Source of the DNA: Candidatus Hadarchaeota archaeon
GTDB lineage: Archaea; Hadarchaeota; Hadarchaeia; Hadarchaeales; JAGGTB01
Reading direction: 5' to 3'
Length of the DNA stretch: 64,000 nucleotides
NCBI GenBank assembly: GCA_964384105.1
Contig: CAYLJV010000001.1
Coordinates: 480,001-544,000, forward strand
Of the stretch, positions 27,761 through 38,221 are shown piece after piece. A program made the position numbers and the translations under genes. The notes under the pieces were generated by a model. That model saw only the letters and a list, made by a program, of their open reading frames with translations. It had not been told where the DNA came from and did not search any database. Every line of letters starts with the position of its first letter. Positions within the stretch are counted from its first letter, which is position 1.

Positions 27761-29023
27761 GTGGATAATATGTCTGGAAAAAGTAAGAACAAGTATCAAT
27801 ATAAAAAGCTTCTTGAGAAATTGGAAGGAATAGAGGGTAGAGGTACTGAACTTGTAACGGTTTACATAACTCCGGGTTATGATCTCAATCAGGTGGTTCA
27901 GCAGTTGAGGGAGGAGGAGGGCACTGCCCAGAACATAAAGTCGAAAAATACGAGAAAAAACGTAGTTTCCGCATTACGTCGAATTATAAATTTTCTACAG
28001 AAGTATTCTGAAAAACATGGTAATGGGGCCCCGGAGCATGGAATGGCTATTTTTAGCGGTAATGTTTCGGGCGAGGAGGGAAAATCTGATATTAAATTGT
28101 ACTGGGTTGAACCTCCAGAGCCAATAGAATCTAGAATATATAGATGTGATCAAAATTTCCTGCTTGAACCCTTAAGTAAAGCCATGGAATCAAAGGAAAA
28201 AGTTGGATTAATTGTAGTTGATTCCAAGGATGCAACAATAGCGACTTTGAAAGGTAAAAATCTTAACATAGCTCGTAGGATGACCTCAGGAGTTTGGGGA
28301 AAGCATAGCAAGGGAGGACAATCCTCTCAGAGATTCGAAAGACTTAGGGAAAAAGCTCTCGATGAATTTTTGAAAAGAGCGGCAGCTTCTGCTAATCGTG
28401 AGTTTTATGATGATCCTGAGTTAAATGCTGTTCTTGTTGGAGGGCCTGGTCCTACAAAGGAGCGTTTTGTCAAAGAGGGTTATCTAAAGAATGAGGTTCA
28501 AGAAAAGATAGCTTCTGTTATTGATACGGGTTATTCGGATGAACAAGGTATTAAAGAATTGATGAATCGAGCGGAAGAGATTTTAGAGGGTTTAGAGGTT
28601 TCTAAGGAGAAATCTTTGATAAGAAGGTTTATGTCAGGTGTGGTTTCGAACGAAGGTTTGGTTACTTATGGGGAAGAGGAAGTTCGAAAACATTTAAAGA
28701 ATGGAGCCGTTGAGACTCTTTTGATTTCTGAAAGTCTGGATTTATATAGAGTTAATATTGAATGTGGCTCGTGTGGTGCGAAGTTTAGTGATATAGTTCG
28801 CGATAAGTTAAGTTTGGAACGGAAGTTATCAGAGAAACCGTGTCCGGAATGTGGGCAAACCGAACTCTCGTTAGTAAGTTCTAAAGATATAATTGGCGAG
28901 CTTTGTGATTTGGCTGATAAAACCGGAGCTGAAGTGGAGTTCATATCCGAGGAGACGGAGGAAGGCAAACAGTTTTCTAACGCCTTTAAAGGTATAGGCG
29001 CACTTTTGAGGTATAAGTTCTAG
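27761..29023 (+). CDS. prf1: Peptide chain release factor aRF1
   Basis: NIKS, YRCD, GGQS; Zn-ribbon insertion; likely ATG at 27770. Confidence 0.96.
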   Translation: MDNMSGKSKNKYQYKKLLEKLEGIEGRGTELVTVYITPGYDLNQVVQQLREEEGTAQNIKSKNTRKNVVSALRRIINFLQKYSEKHGNGAPEHGMAIFSGNVSGEEGKSDIKLYWVEPPEPIESRIYRCDQNFLLEPLSKAMESKEKVGLIVVDSKDATIATLKGKNLNIARRMTSGVWGKHSKGGQSSQRFERLREKALDEFLKRAAASANREFYDDPELNAVLVGGPGPTKERFVKEGYLKNEVQEKIASVIDTGYSDEQGIKELMNRAEEILEGLEVSKEKSLIRRFMSGVVSNEGLVTYGEEEVRKHLKNGAVETLLISESLDLYRVNIECGSCGAKFSDIVRDKLSLERKLSEKPCPECGQTELSLVSSKDIIGELCDLADKTGAEVEFISEETEEGKQFSNAFKGIGALLRYKF

Positions 29024-29162
29024 ATTTATTTTACGATACACACTACTAAAGCAAATAATTAGGAATTTGAACTGTTTTGGTCAAAAATTTATTTTTAGTT
29101 TTAGTGACAATAATAGAGACAAAGGATGATTGTAACGCTTTTTAAAATGGTAGGAACTTGAG

Positions 29163-31859
29163 ATGTCGGGCTCGAATGAAAATTTAACTTCAAAGTACAG
29201 CTCGAGGTCTGTCGAGGAAGTTTATGAAGATCTCAATGTTTCGAGAAGGTCTGGTCTGAGTGCAGCCGAAGTTGAAAAACGAAAAAAGAAATATGGTCTT
29301 AATAAGCTTCGAGAAACGAAGCAAGCATCGGCTATTGACATTCTTATTAATCAATTTAAGAGTCTCATAGTTTTGCTTCTTGTTGCCGCCGCTGTCATCT
29401 CTCTTATTTTTGGGGATCTGTTTGAGTCTATAGCTATCATGATAGTATTAGCTGTAAATACGGGCATTGGATTCTTTACTGAGATTAGAGCCGTTCGTTC
29501 CATGGAGGCACTTCGGAAGATGGGTAAGGTAGCTACGAGAGTTCGAAGAGATGGGGAGGTAAAGGAGATACCAGCTGACGAGATAGTACCCGGTGATGTA
29601 GTCCTGCTAAGCGGCGGGGATATTGTTACGGCAGATATTCGAATAGTGGAAGCGTCTAAACTTCAGTGCGATGAGTCTGCATTGACGGGAGAATCCGTTC
29701 CGGTAAGTAAAAATCCTGAAGTTATTGAAGAAGAAGTTTCGATTGCAGAAAGAAAGAATATGGTTTTCAAGGGAACTGCAGTCACTAGAGGAGAGGGGGA
29801 GGGAATAGTCGTTGGTACCGGTATGAATACTGAATTGGGAGAGATATCCACATTGGTTGGTGAAGCTGAGGATGAAAAGACTCCTTTGGAAAAAAAGTTG
29901 GCCAGTCTTGGAAATAAGCTTATATTGGTGACATTGGGGGTAGCAGCCGTCGCTACTATCTCTGGGATATTATCCGGTCGAGAAGTTTTCTTGATGGTGG
30001 AAACGGGGATAGCCTTGGCAGTAGCCGCTATTCCGGAGGGACTTCCAATCGTGGCTACTGTTGCTTTGGCTAGAGGTATGTGGAGAATGGCTAAGAGAAA
30101 TGCTTTGATTAATCAACTTTCTTCTGTAGAAACCCTCGGTGGAACTGGTATCATCTTTACCGATAAGACGGGTACGCTTACGGAAAATAAAATGACCGTC
30201 ACGAAATATGCTTTTGAGTCCGGAGACATAGACTTGGCGGGAGAAGGAGAGAGTCTAGATTCTAAATTCAGCGTGGATGAAAAGCCAATCAGGGTCGAGG
30301 AAAACAGGGTTTTGAAAGAAGCATTAGAGGTGGGGGTACTCTGCAATAATGCGTCTTTACCTAGATCCGAAGATCAAGATGATTCATTTGGGGATCCTCT
30401 TGAAATCAGCCTTTTGGTTGCGGGAAGAAAGGGTGGTATAAAAAGAAAGGAACTTCTCGAAAACCAGCCTGAGGTTCGGGAGGTTGCTTTTGATCCCGAG
30501 GTGAAAATGATGGCCACTTACCATAAGAAAAATAGGGGTTATAGAGTGGCTGTAAAAGGAGCTCCTGAGGTTGTCTTGAAGGCTTCTACTCATATTATGA
30601 CCGAGAGTGGAAAAACTGAGTTGAATGAAACTAATCGAGAAAAATGGTTAGAAAGAAACAAAGAAATGGCCAAAAAAGGACTCCGATTGTTGGCACTTGC
30701 TTCTAAAACTGTTGAATCCAGAGAGGAGGAGCCCTATCAGAATCTTACTTTCATCGGATTGGTCGCTATGTTAGATCCAGCTCGAGCAGATATTAAAGAG
30801 TCTATAGAGCGGGCGCAGCAGGCGGGAATAAGAGTGATAATGGTCACAGGTGATCAGGCTGATACGGCGAAGAATATAGGAATTTCAGTAGGTTTAGCGA
30901 AGGAGGAAGATGAGGTAATTCATGCTGATAATATAAGAAGTTTTCACGAATTATCGGAAGAAGAAAAAGAAATATTTTTGAGATCACCTATTTTTGCGAG
31001 AGTAAGTCCAAAACAAAAATTGGATATTTTGACCGCTCATCAAGAGACGGGTTCAGTAGTTGCGATGACCGGTGATGGAGTGAACGATGCACCGGCCCTC
31101 AAAAAGGCCGATATTGGTATTTCGATGGGTAAGCGAGGGACTCAAGTCGCCCAAGAAGCATCTGATATGGTTCTAAAAGACGATGCCTTTTCCACAATTT
31201 TGTCTGCGATCGAGGAAGGTAGGATAATATTCAACAATATAAAAAAGTTTGTTTTCTATCTGCTTTCCTGCAATATAAGTGAGATTATGGTCATTGCACT
31301 TGGCTCCGTATTGGGATTACCCCTACCACTTCTTCCCTTGCAAATTCTGTTTCTTAATATGGTAAATGATGTTTTTCCTGCTCTCTCTTTAGGTATGGGT
31401 GAGGGTAATCCAAATATAATGAATGAAGGGCCTCGGGATCCTAAAGAACCTGTGCTTACTAAAAATAATTGGTGGGGTATACTTGGATATGGAGCTATCA
31501 TAACAGCTTCAGTTATCATTTCACTGGTAGTGGCGTTAACGGTCTTGGGTCTGACTGGTACTAGGGCTATTACGATCTCATTTTTAACTCTGGCTCTTGC
31601 TCAGTTATGGCATGTCTTCAATATGAGGGGTAGAAACACTTCAGTCCTGTCAAATGAGGTAACTAGAAATAAGTATGTTTTAGGTTCTTTAGTTCTTTGC
31701 GTGGGTCTGATCTTTCTTGCTTTGTATGTTCCAGGGGTTTCTGACGTATTAGACTTAGTTCCTCCGGGTTTAGATGGTTGGGCACTTGTTATTGGATTGA
31801 GTCTGGTGCCTTTCATTATAGGTCAGTTGTTCTTGTCTTTTCCGGATTCTAAAAGGTGA
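29163..31859 (+). CDS. P-type cation-transporting ATPase (type II, Ca2+/Na+-like)
   Basis: TGES, IPEGL, DKTGT, KGAPE, TGDGVNDAP. Confidence 0.95.
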   Translation: MSGSNENLTSKYSSRSVEEVYEDLNVSRRSGLSAAEVEKRKKKYGLNKLRETKQASAIDILINQFKSLIVLLLVAAAVISLIFGDLFESIAIMIVLAVNTGIGFFTEIRAVRSMEALRKMGKVATRVRRDGEVKEIPADEIVPGDVVLLSGGDIVTADIRIVEASKLQCDESALTGESVPVSKNPEVIEEEVSIAERKNMVFKGTAVTRGEGEGIVVGTGMNTELGEISTLVGEAEDEKTPLEKKLASLGNKLILVTLGVAAVATISGILSGREVFLMVETGIALAVAAIPEGLPIVATVALARGMWRMAKRNALINQLSSVETLGGTGIIFTDKTGTLTENKMTVTKYAFESGDIDLAGEGESLDSKFSVDEKPIRVEENRVLKEALEVGVLCNNASLPRSEDQDDSFGDPLEISLLVAGRKGGIKRKELLENQPEVREVAFDPEVKMMATYHKKNRGYRVAVKGAPEVVLKASTHIMTESGKTELNETNREKWLERNKEMAKKGLRLLALASKTVESREEEPYQNLTFIGLVAMLDPARADIKESIERAQQAGIRVIMVTGDQADTAKNIGISVGLAKEEDEVIHADNIRSFHELSEEEKEIFLRSPIFARVSPKQKLDILTAHQETGSVVAMTGDGVNDAPALKKADIGISMGKRGTQVAQEASDMVLKDDAFSTILSAIEEGRIIFNNIKKFVFYLLSCNISEIMVIALGSVLGLPLPLLPLQILFLNMVNDVFPALSLGMGEGNPNIMNEGPRDPKEPVLTKNNWWGILGYGAIITASVIISLVVALTVLGLTGTRAITISFLTLALAQLWHVFNMRGRNTSVLSNEVTRNKYVLGSLVLCVGLIFLALYVPGVSDVLDLVPPGLDGWALVIGLSLVPFIIGQLFLSFPDSKR

Positions 31860-31878
31860 TTGGATTTCTTTGGTCCGG

Positions 31879-32976
31879 TTAGTGAAGGAAGGCTCTCATT
31901 CCCCCTTTATAACCAGCTTTTTCCACTTCGGGAACGTGTGCAGCTGCCATATTGTGGCGCCTGAGGGCCTTATAAGCTGCTTCATCTCTTATAGAGCCAG
32001 CTGGACTCAAACTTGCTACCACTCCAAAGGCATTTAGAACTTCTACTGTATCGGGGAATGGATAAAAAGCGCTGGAAATGGCCACGCTACCTTCGGTCCT
32101 CCCCTTCATTTCTAGCCCTATGAATTCAGCTAGTTTATCTAGTTCAGAGTTTTTACAGGTTCTGTCTATATCTTTTAGTTTTTCGTATGGTTTGTTAGCG
32201 CGGTACGCACTGATGAATCCTGCATCTACTCTATTTTGTTGTCCTGCTCCGATTCCGATGGTGGCTTTGTCTTTAACTAGAAGTACAGTGTTGGATTTAG
32301 TCCGTCTGTTTATTTTCCAACCGAATAACATATCTTCTATTTGGCTCTCAGTTGGTTTTTTTATTTCTTTATCCTCTAGGAATATTAGATCCTCTGGATT
32401 TATCTCAGTGTAATCAAATTCTTGAACTAGGAATCCTCCATATATTGGTCTCATATCGAATCCAGGATCCTTCGGCATTTTAGTTTCAATTTTTAGAATC
32501 CGGAGATTCTCTTTTTTTCTGAGGATTTCTAGTGCGCTATCTTCATATTCGGGGGCTATTATAGCTTCTAGAAACTTTTTATCTATAGCATATTCGGCGA
32601 CTTCTTTGGTAACTGGTCTATTTACTCCTGCGATACCACCGAAGGCACTTAGCGGATCACAGTTCCAAGCTCCTTTGTAGGCCTCCAGAATTTCTTTGTT
32701 CTGACAGGCACCTGAGGGGTTGAGATGCTTGAAAACTGTTGCGAAAGGCTTCTCAAATTGCCAGAGCATTTTAAGAACTGCGTCTGCATCTAACCAGTTA
32801 TTGAAAGACATCTGTTTTCCATGAAGTTTTTCAGCTTGAGTGATTGGAAAAATCTTGTAAGGTTCGCCGTCTTCTTTTAGAGTTTCGTATATAGCTCCAT
32901 CTTGCTGTGGATTTTCTCCGTATCTTGTTTTGGCAATCTTCTTAAGTACTAATCTTATTTCTTCTGGAAATTTCAA
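31879..32976 (-). CDS. purH: AICAR transformylase domain of PurH (stand-alone)
   Basis: RYGENP, GKQMSFNN..DAD, KHLNP, DPLSAFGG, GIGAGQ, GSIRD. Confidence 0.85.
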   Translation of the reverse strand: MKFPEEIRLVLKKIAKTRYGENPQQDGAIYETLKEDGEPYKIFPITQAEKLHGKQMSFNNWLDADAVLKMLWQFEKPFATVFKHLNPSGACQNKEILEAYKGAWNCDPLSAFGGIAGVNRPVTKEVAEYAIDKKFLEAIIAPEYEDSALEILRKKENLRILKIETKMPKDPGFDMRPIYGGFLVQEFDYTEINPEDLIFLEDKEIKKPTESQIEDMLFGWKINRRTKSNTVLLVKDKATIGIGAGQQNRVDAGFISAYRANKPYEKLKDIDRTCKNSELDKLAEFIGLEMKGRTEGSVAISSAFYPFPDTVEVLNAFGVVASLSPAGSIRDEAAYKALRRHNMAAAHVPEVEKAGYKGGMRAFLH

Positions 32977-32978
32977 TT

Positions 32979-33593
32979 TTAACTCCCTTCTACTAATTTT
33001 TTAGTCCAGTCTCTTATTTTTTCATCGTATTCACAAGTGTGATTGAATGCCTTGTAGACTAGAGAAATTATTGTGTCTTTGCTTAATGAGTTATTTTCAG
33101 ATAATTCTCTTAGTATTTTGTCGTAATCAGCGGGCTCGATAATTGGTACTACGTTCCCATGTCTTAGTGCCCCCTTTGCTGCCGATCTTATCAAAGTGGG
33201 TCCTCCAATGTCTATGTTTTCTACTAATTCCTCGTTAGTAGCTTTTCTTTTGAGGGTCTCTTCAAAAGGATAAAGATTTACTACGACTAGTTGAATAGGG
33301 ACAATTTCATTCTTTTCGAGATATTTCTTCTCAGGACCTCTTTTGGCATCTAGAAGTATTCCTCCGTGAACTTTTGGATGAAGAGTTTTTACTAACCCAC
33401 CGGGAGCCTCAGGGAACCCCGTGTATTTTGAAACATCCGTGACCTCAAATCCGCATTCTCTAATTTTTTTCGCAGTTCCCCCACTCGAGAATATTGTTAT
33501 ACCTGGGTTTATTTGGCGTAATCCTTCTACTAGTTTTTTAAGATTTTTTTTATTTGAAACACTTATGAGTGCTGATTTAATTCCTTTGTCCAT
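32979..33593 (-). CDS. purH: IMP cyclohydrolase (MGS-like) domain of PurH (stand-alone)
   Basis: ALISVSNK, SSGGTA, TGFPE..GGLVKTLHP, VVNLYPF, ENIDIGGPTL; likely ATG at 33593. Confidence 0.88.
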   Translation of the reverse strand: MDKGIKSALISVSNKKNLKKLVEGLRQINPGITIFSSGGTAKKIRECGFEVTDVSKYTGFPEAPGGLVKTLHPKVHGGILLDAKRGPEKKYLEKNEIVPIQLVVVNLYPFEETLKRKATNEELVENIDIGGPTLIRSAAKGALRHGNVVPIIEPADYDKILRELSENNSLSKDTIISLVYKAFNHTCEYDEKIRDWTKKLVEGS

Positions 33594-33804
33594 AACTACC
33601 CCAATTGATGATATTATCAAGTAATTTAAATTTGCTTAATGAACCGAATATAGAATTTCAGATCGGGACTAATTTTTCTATTCAAATTACGAGAAGCACT
33701 CATTTAATTAATAGTATAGCCTTCAGCTTAATCCTAATTATGTTTCATCTACGATACAAAGTTAATAATTTAAGAATTACAAGAAAGTTTCTGGGCACAA
33801 GAAT

Positions 33805-35181
33805 ATGAATAGAAATTTCCATGTTGTTGTTCTGATTGTCTTGATATTGGCGGTTGTGGCCGGTTCTTATCTAGTTTTGATAAGGCCAAATGGCTCAGGA
33901 AATCATTCGGAAAATAATTTCTTCTCCTTTGAGGAAGAGATGGAAGGATGGGTTAAAAACGGGACCGATTTGGATAACCCACCCGTTGAATGGTCTGTTG
34001 GCCGCTCCGAAAATTTAGCTACTCATGGAGATTATTCTCTAAGGTATTATCTTTCGAATGTTAATGATGCTGGAAAAATATGGATAGAACGGCCATTTCA
34101 AGTAGAGCCGAATACGAGTTACAAAGTTAATGTTTCCTACGATTTTGCTAGTGCTGATTATGGCGACATTAACTTGTGGAAGATTATCACAGGAGTTCAC
34201 AAAACGACTCCTCGAGATAGTGGAGAGCTAATTTTCCAGGGGGATACTGGTAATGGAGCTTCTTCGGACGTGGGATATAAGTGGATGGATAAAAGTTATG
34301 AATTTACCATAAATTCGGATTCCAACGGCGAAATTTACCTTGTAATTGGGGTATGGGGAACTTGGGAAACTGGTCGATTTTACTATTTGGACAATCTTAA
34401 TGTAAACATCGAAGAAATCGGCCAAAGTGGTGTGGTGACAGAAGATAAAAGTAAATTAATAGCAAAGAATTTCGTAAAAAATTCTCCTACCTACAAATTC
34501 GATGGTTCCGATTTGGAATATATTGAGACACTTTATCCTGACACTGTTGATTGTCCCTACTGTTGGACATTTGTTTTCGAGTTCACGTCCGGTGCCGCAG
34601 GTTATGGGGACCGAAGTGACGAGTCTGTGAACCCAGTAATAACTCCTCACGAGGCTCATGTTACTGTTGAAAATGGAGAAGTTACCAATGCTATTTTGGA
34701 TTTGAAATGGGATATGATAAATCAGAAATTTTTGGATAATGAAGTTTCTTATGGGGTATATGTTTTTGATCATAGTGGAGTTGGAGGATCAATAATAGAA
34801 AATGGATTAGAATATGATCCTGAAAATGTAGGTAGACAGAATTTTATAGATATTGTGAATTCCAAAGAAGAATCTAAGAAATTTGATTATTCACTTATCG
34901 ATAACAGAGTGGTCTCTTTTATTGATTCAACTAATTTTGATAAATCCTGTTTATTGGTTTTTCAAGAGTTCCCTGCTTCGACAGAACCGGATTACGAAAT
35001 AAAAAGTATCCAGAAATATAGCGGAAATTTGAAAGTATATGTTGGCCATTCCAGTCAGACGGGAACAGACGACATAACGATTGAGACAATGTTGATTAGA
35101 TTGCCTAATTGGATAAGTTCTGAATTTGAAACAATCGCTATAATTTCTGAGGATAATAACGTGACATCACTAGTGGTCTAA
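33805..35181 (+). CDS. Secreted/membrane-anchored multidomain protein
   Basis: N-terminal TM; beta-rich domain; central TYKFDG..CPYCW..AGYGDR..ITPH..WD module. Confidence 0.7.
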   Translation: MNRNFHVVVLIVLILAVVAGSYLVLIRPNGSGNHSENNFFSFEEEMEGWVKNGTDLDNPPVEWSVGRSENLATHGDYSLRYYLSNVNDAGKIWIERPFQVEPNTSYKVNVSYDFASADYGDINLWKIITGVHKTTPRDSGELIFQGDTGNGASSDVGYKWMDKSYEFTINSDSNGEIYLVIGVWGTWETGRFYYLDNLNVNIEEIGQSGVVTEDKSKLIAKNFVKNSPTYKFDGSDLEYIETLYPDTVDCPYCWTFVFEFTSGAAGYGDRSDESVNPVITPHEAHVTVENGEVTNAILDLKWDMINQKFLDNEVSYGVYVFDHSGVGGSIIENGLEYDPENVGRQNFIDIVNSKEESKKFDYSLIDNRVVSFIDSTNFDKSCLLVFQEFPASTEPDYEIKSIQKYSGNLKVYVGHSSQTGTDDITIETMLIRLPNWISSEFETIAIISEDNNVTSLVV

Positions 35182-35259
35182 TTTTTTCTAGTTGTTTTAT
35201 TGCCAAAGAGTTAGTTATTTGATACAAGGAATGGAAAAGAAATTGTTGGTGTTACTAGA

Positions 35260-35577
35260 GTGAGTAAATATTACTTAGTCTTATCAACCATTGATGATTT
35301 ATCGGAAGCGAAGGAAATAGCAAGAAAACTGATTGAAGATCAATTAGTAGCTTGCGTGAACGTTATTCCCGATATAGCTTCGATTTACCGTTGGGAAGGT
35401 AAGATAGAGGAGTCGGAGGAAGTGCTAATTTTAATTAAAACGGTGAAATATCGATTAGACGAATTAATTTCAAAGGTAAAAGATTTGCATAGCTATGACG
35501 TACCTGAGATTATCGCGATTTCAATCGAAGAAGGATCAATGAATTATTTGAAATGGTTGTCCAAGAATGTAAAATAA
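35260..35577 (+). CDS. cutA: Divalent-cation tolerance protein CutA
   Basis: LVACVN, SIYRWEG, HSYDVPEI, YLKWL. Confidence 0.93.
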   Translation: MSKYYLVLSTIDDLSEAKEIARKLIEDQLVACVNVIPDIASIYRWEGKIEESEEVLILIKTVKYRLDELISKVKDLHSYDVPEIIAISIEEGSMNYLKWLSKNVK

Positions 35578-35601
35578 ATTGGAAATCGATTTTTTGGCGT
35601 C

Positions 35602-36855
35602 TTAGGTACAGGTTTTCCAAGATTTGAGATATTCTATCTGTTCTTTAGTTGGTTCTTCTAATTCTGAGCCCATTGCTTCCAGTTTTAGTTTGGCGACCTC
35701 ATGGTCTATTTTGGAGGGTACTTCGTAAACTCCTACCTCAAGGTCTTCATTTAATACGTATTCAGCTGTTAGAGCCTGTAGAGCAAAACTCATGTCCATT
35801 ATTTCTGCAGGGTGTCCCAATGATTTTTCTCCGGCTAGATTTACTAATCTTCCCTCTGCTAGAACGTGTAACCTTCTTCCATCCTCCAATTTGTATTCCT
35901 GTATATCCTCTAAAATTTCTCTTTCTTCAACCGACATATCTTTCAATTCCTCTAGATCTATTTCTACATTGAAATGCCCAGAGTTGCACAGTATGGCGCC
36001 GTCTTTCATTTTTCTAAAATGTTCTTTTCTGATTACCTTCAGATTACCGGTTGCTGTTACAAATATATCACCATATTTCGCTGCTTTTTTCATACTAGTT
36101 ACCTCGTATCCTCTCATGGAGGCTTCTAAGGCTTTTATTGGGTCTGTTTCAACCACGGTTACTTTTGCCCCTATGCCTTTTGCTCTTAATGCTATCCCTT
36201 TCCCTACAAATCCATAACCTATTACCACCACGTGTTTTCCAGCAATCATCGAATTTGTAATACTCATAATCGCATTGATTGTGGATTCTCCCGTACCAAA
36301 TCTGTTGTCGAATAGTTTTTTTGCAGGTGTGTCGTTAACTGCTAATACAGGTATTTTTAGGTCTCCCTGTTCTTTCATCGCTAAAAGTCTATTAACTCCT
36401 GTCGTTGTTTCTTCGGCACCACCTCTAACTTCCGAAATAAAGTCATAGTCTTTGGAGTGCAGAGCTGATATTAAATCCGCTCCATCATCTATGATGATAG
36501 TTGGTTTTTCTTCTAAAACTCGCTCAATATTTCGGTTGTACTCTTCTTCAGTTTCCCCTCTCCATGCGAAGATATTGATATCTTCTTTTGCGAGGCTGGC
36601 GGCCACTTCATCTTTTGTTGATAGTGGATTGGAACCGGTAACGACGAGAGTTGCACCACCTATTTTTAGGGTTTTGAGTAATGCGGCTGTTTTTGCTTCG
36701 ATATGCAGAGAAACTCCAATGGTGGTGTTTTTAAAAGGTTTTTCTTCAGAGAATCTTTCTCTTATACTCATAAGGACGGGCATATGTTGCTCTACCCATT
36801 TTATGGATCGATCTCCATTGGGAGCTAATTCAATATTTTTTATTTTATATTGCAT
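35602..36855 (-). CDS. ahcY: Adenosylhomocysteinase (SAH/SIH hydrolase)
   Basis: LHIEAKT, IDDGADL, EETTTG, FDNRFGT, GHFNVE, GRLVNL, GHPAEIMDMSF. Confidence 0.95.
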   Translation of the reverse strand: MQYKIKNIELAPNGDRSIKWVEQHMPVLMSIRERFSEEKPFKNTTIGVSLHIEAKTAALLKTLKIGGATLVVTGSNPLSTKDEVAASLAKEDINIFAWRGETEEEYNRNIERVLEEKPTIIIDDGADLISALHSKDYDFISEVRGGAEETTTGVNRLLAMKEQGDLKIPVLAVNDTPAKKLFDNRFGTGESTINAIMSITNSMIAGKHVVVIGYGFVGKGIALRAKGIGAKVTVVETDPIKALEASMRGYEVTSMKKAAKYGDIFVTATGNLKVIRKEHFRKMKDGAILCNSGHFNVEIDLEELKDMSVEEREILEDIQEYKLEDGRRLHVLAEGRLVNLAGEKSLGHPAEIMDMSFALQALTAEYVLNEDLEVGVYEVPSKIDHEVAKLKLEAMGSELEEPTKEQIEYLKSWKTCT

Positions 36856-38171
36856 TATCTGGCCCTTTTCTTTAGTTCTTCTGAAGCCTTTTGAGCTTTC
36901 TTTAAAAATTTCTTTTCATTCAGAGTCAGAACTTTCCTATTTTCCATAATCATCTTTCCATCTACGATTACGCTTTCTACGTCGGCTCCATTACTACTAT
37001 AAACTACATGCGATTCTACGTCATTGAAAGGAGTAAGATGAGGTTTTTGGAAGTCTAATAAGATGATATCAGCTTTTTTCCCGACTTCCAGAGATCCTAT
37101 TTCATTTTCCCGTCCTAGGGCTTTGGCTCCGTTAATAGTGGCCATTTCCAAAGCGTTCCTAGCGGGGACTGCGGTGGGGTCTTTTTTGCTAACTTTGCTC
37201 AATAGAGCTGCAAATTTCATTTCCTTGATCATGTCTAGTGTGTTATTGGATGCGGCACCATCGGTACCAAGAGCAACTGGAATACCTTTTGAAAGTAATT
37301 CAGGTATAGGAGCGATTCCAGATCCCAGTTTCATATTGCTTACTGGGTTATGTACTGGTTTTACACCATTTTCGTGAATTAGTTGGATTTCATTTTCTTG
37401 TAAATATGTACAATGTGCGGCAAGTAAGTCGGGTCCTAGAACGCCAGTTGATTTCAGAAGCTCTATGGGTCTTTTTCCTTGAGATTCAAGCACAGCTTCT
37501 ATTTCTTTTTCATTCTCTGCGAGATGTGTGTGTATTCCAACTTCGTATTTCTCTGCTAGTCTTCTCACTTCTTTTAGACATTTAGGAGAACAGGTATATG
37601 TGGAGTGGGGGCCAAACATTGTTTTAATTCTTCCCTTCGCTCTACCTTCATATTTCTTTACTAATTCTTCTCCTATTTTTAGTTCGTTTTTTCTTTTTTC
37701 GGAGTCGTTATTTTCTATTATTCCGTAAGACAAGGTGGCACGAAGCCCCGATTCTTCAACTGCCTGTGCTACTTTGTTCATGAAGAAATATTGATCTGAA
37801 AAGCACGTAGTTCCAGACTTTATCATTTCCAGACACCCAAGAACTGCTCCGGTGTGGGTGGTTTGCTCGTCTAGTTGACTTTCTAAAGGCCAAATTTTTT
37901 CCTGGAGCCAGGTTTGAAGATCCAAGTCGTCGGCTATTCCCCGGAATAGTACCATCGATAGGTGAGTATGGGCATTTATCAATCCAGGAAGTACGACTTT
38001 TCCTTTTGCATTTATTACTTTGTCTGCTGTTTTATCCAAATTTTTTCCTATCTCTACAATTTTATTCTCTTCTATTACCAAGTCTCCCCTTTCGATAATC
38101 TCCCTACCTTCGTTCATCGTTATGATATGACCATTTTTTATCAGAATACTGGACATTTTCCGGATCCTCAT
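36855..38171 (-). CDS. MTA/SAH/5'-deoxyadenosine deaminase (MtaD/DadD amidohydrolase)
   Basis: INAHTH, GPHS.YT, HTHLAE, HNPVSNMKL, GTDGAASNN. Confidence 0.88.
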   Translation of the reverse strand: MRIRKMSSILIKNGHIITMNEGREIIERGDLVIEENKIVEIGKNLDKTADKVINAKGKVVLPGLINAHTHLSMVLFRGIADDLDLQTWLQEKIWPLESQLDEQTTHTGAVLGCLEMIKSGTTCFSDQYFFMNKVAQAVEESGLRATLSYGIIENNDSEKRKNELKIGEELVKKYEGRAKGRIKTMFGPHSTYTCSPKCLKEVRRLAEKYEVGIHTHLAENEKEIEAVLESQGKRPIELLKSTGVLGPDLLAAHCTYLQENEIQLIHENGVKPVHNPVSNMKLGSGIAPIPELLSKGIPVALGTDGAASNNTLDMIKEMKFAALLSKVSKKDPTAVPARNALEMATINGAKALGRENEIGSLEVGKKADIILLDFQKPHLTPFNDVESHVVYSSNGADVESVIVDGKMIMENRKVLTLNEKKFLKKAQKASEELKKRAR

Positions 38172-38221
38172 CTTTTATTAATAACTAGACAACTAACAAG
38201 TATTACTTTCTTTTTTTAAAT

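Noticed and set aside
28760-28860. Zn-ribbon insertion in aRF1 (also the C-terminal Zn ribbon of PncB)
   Set aside because: Common in archaeal orthologues
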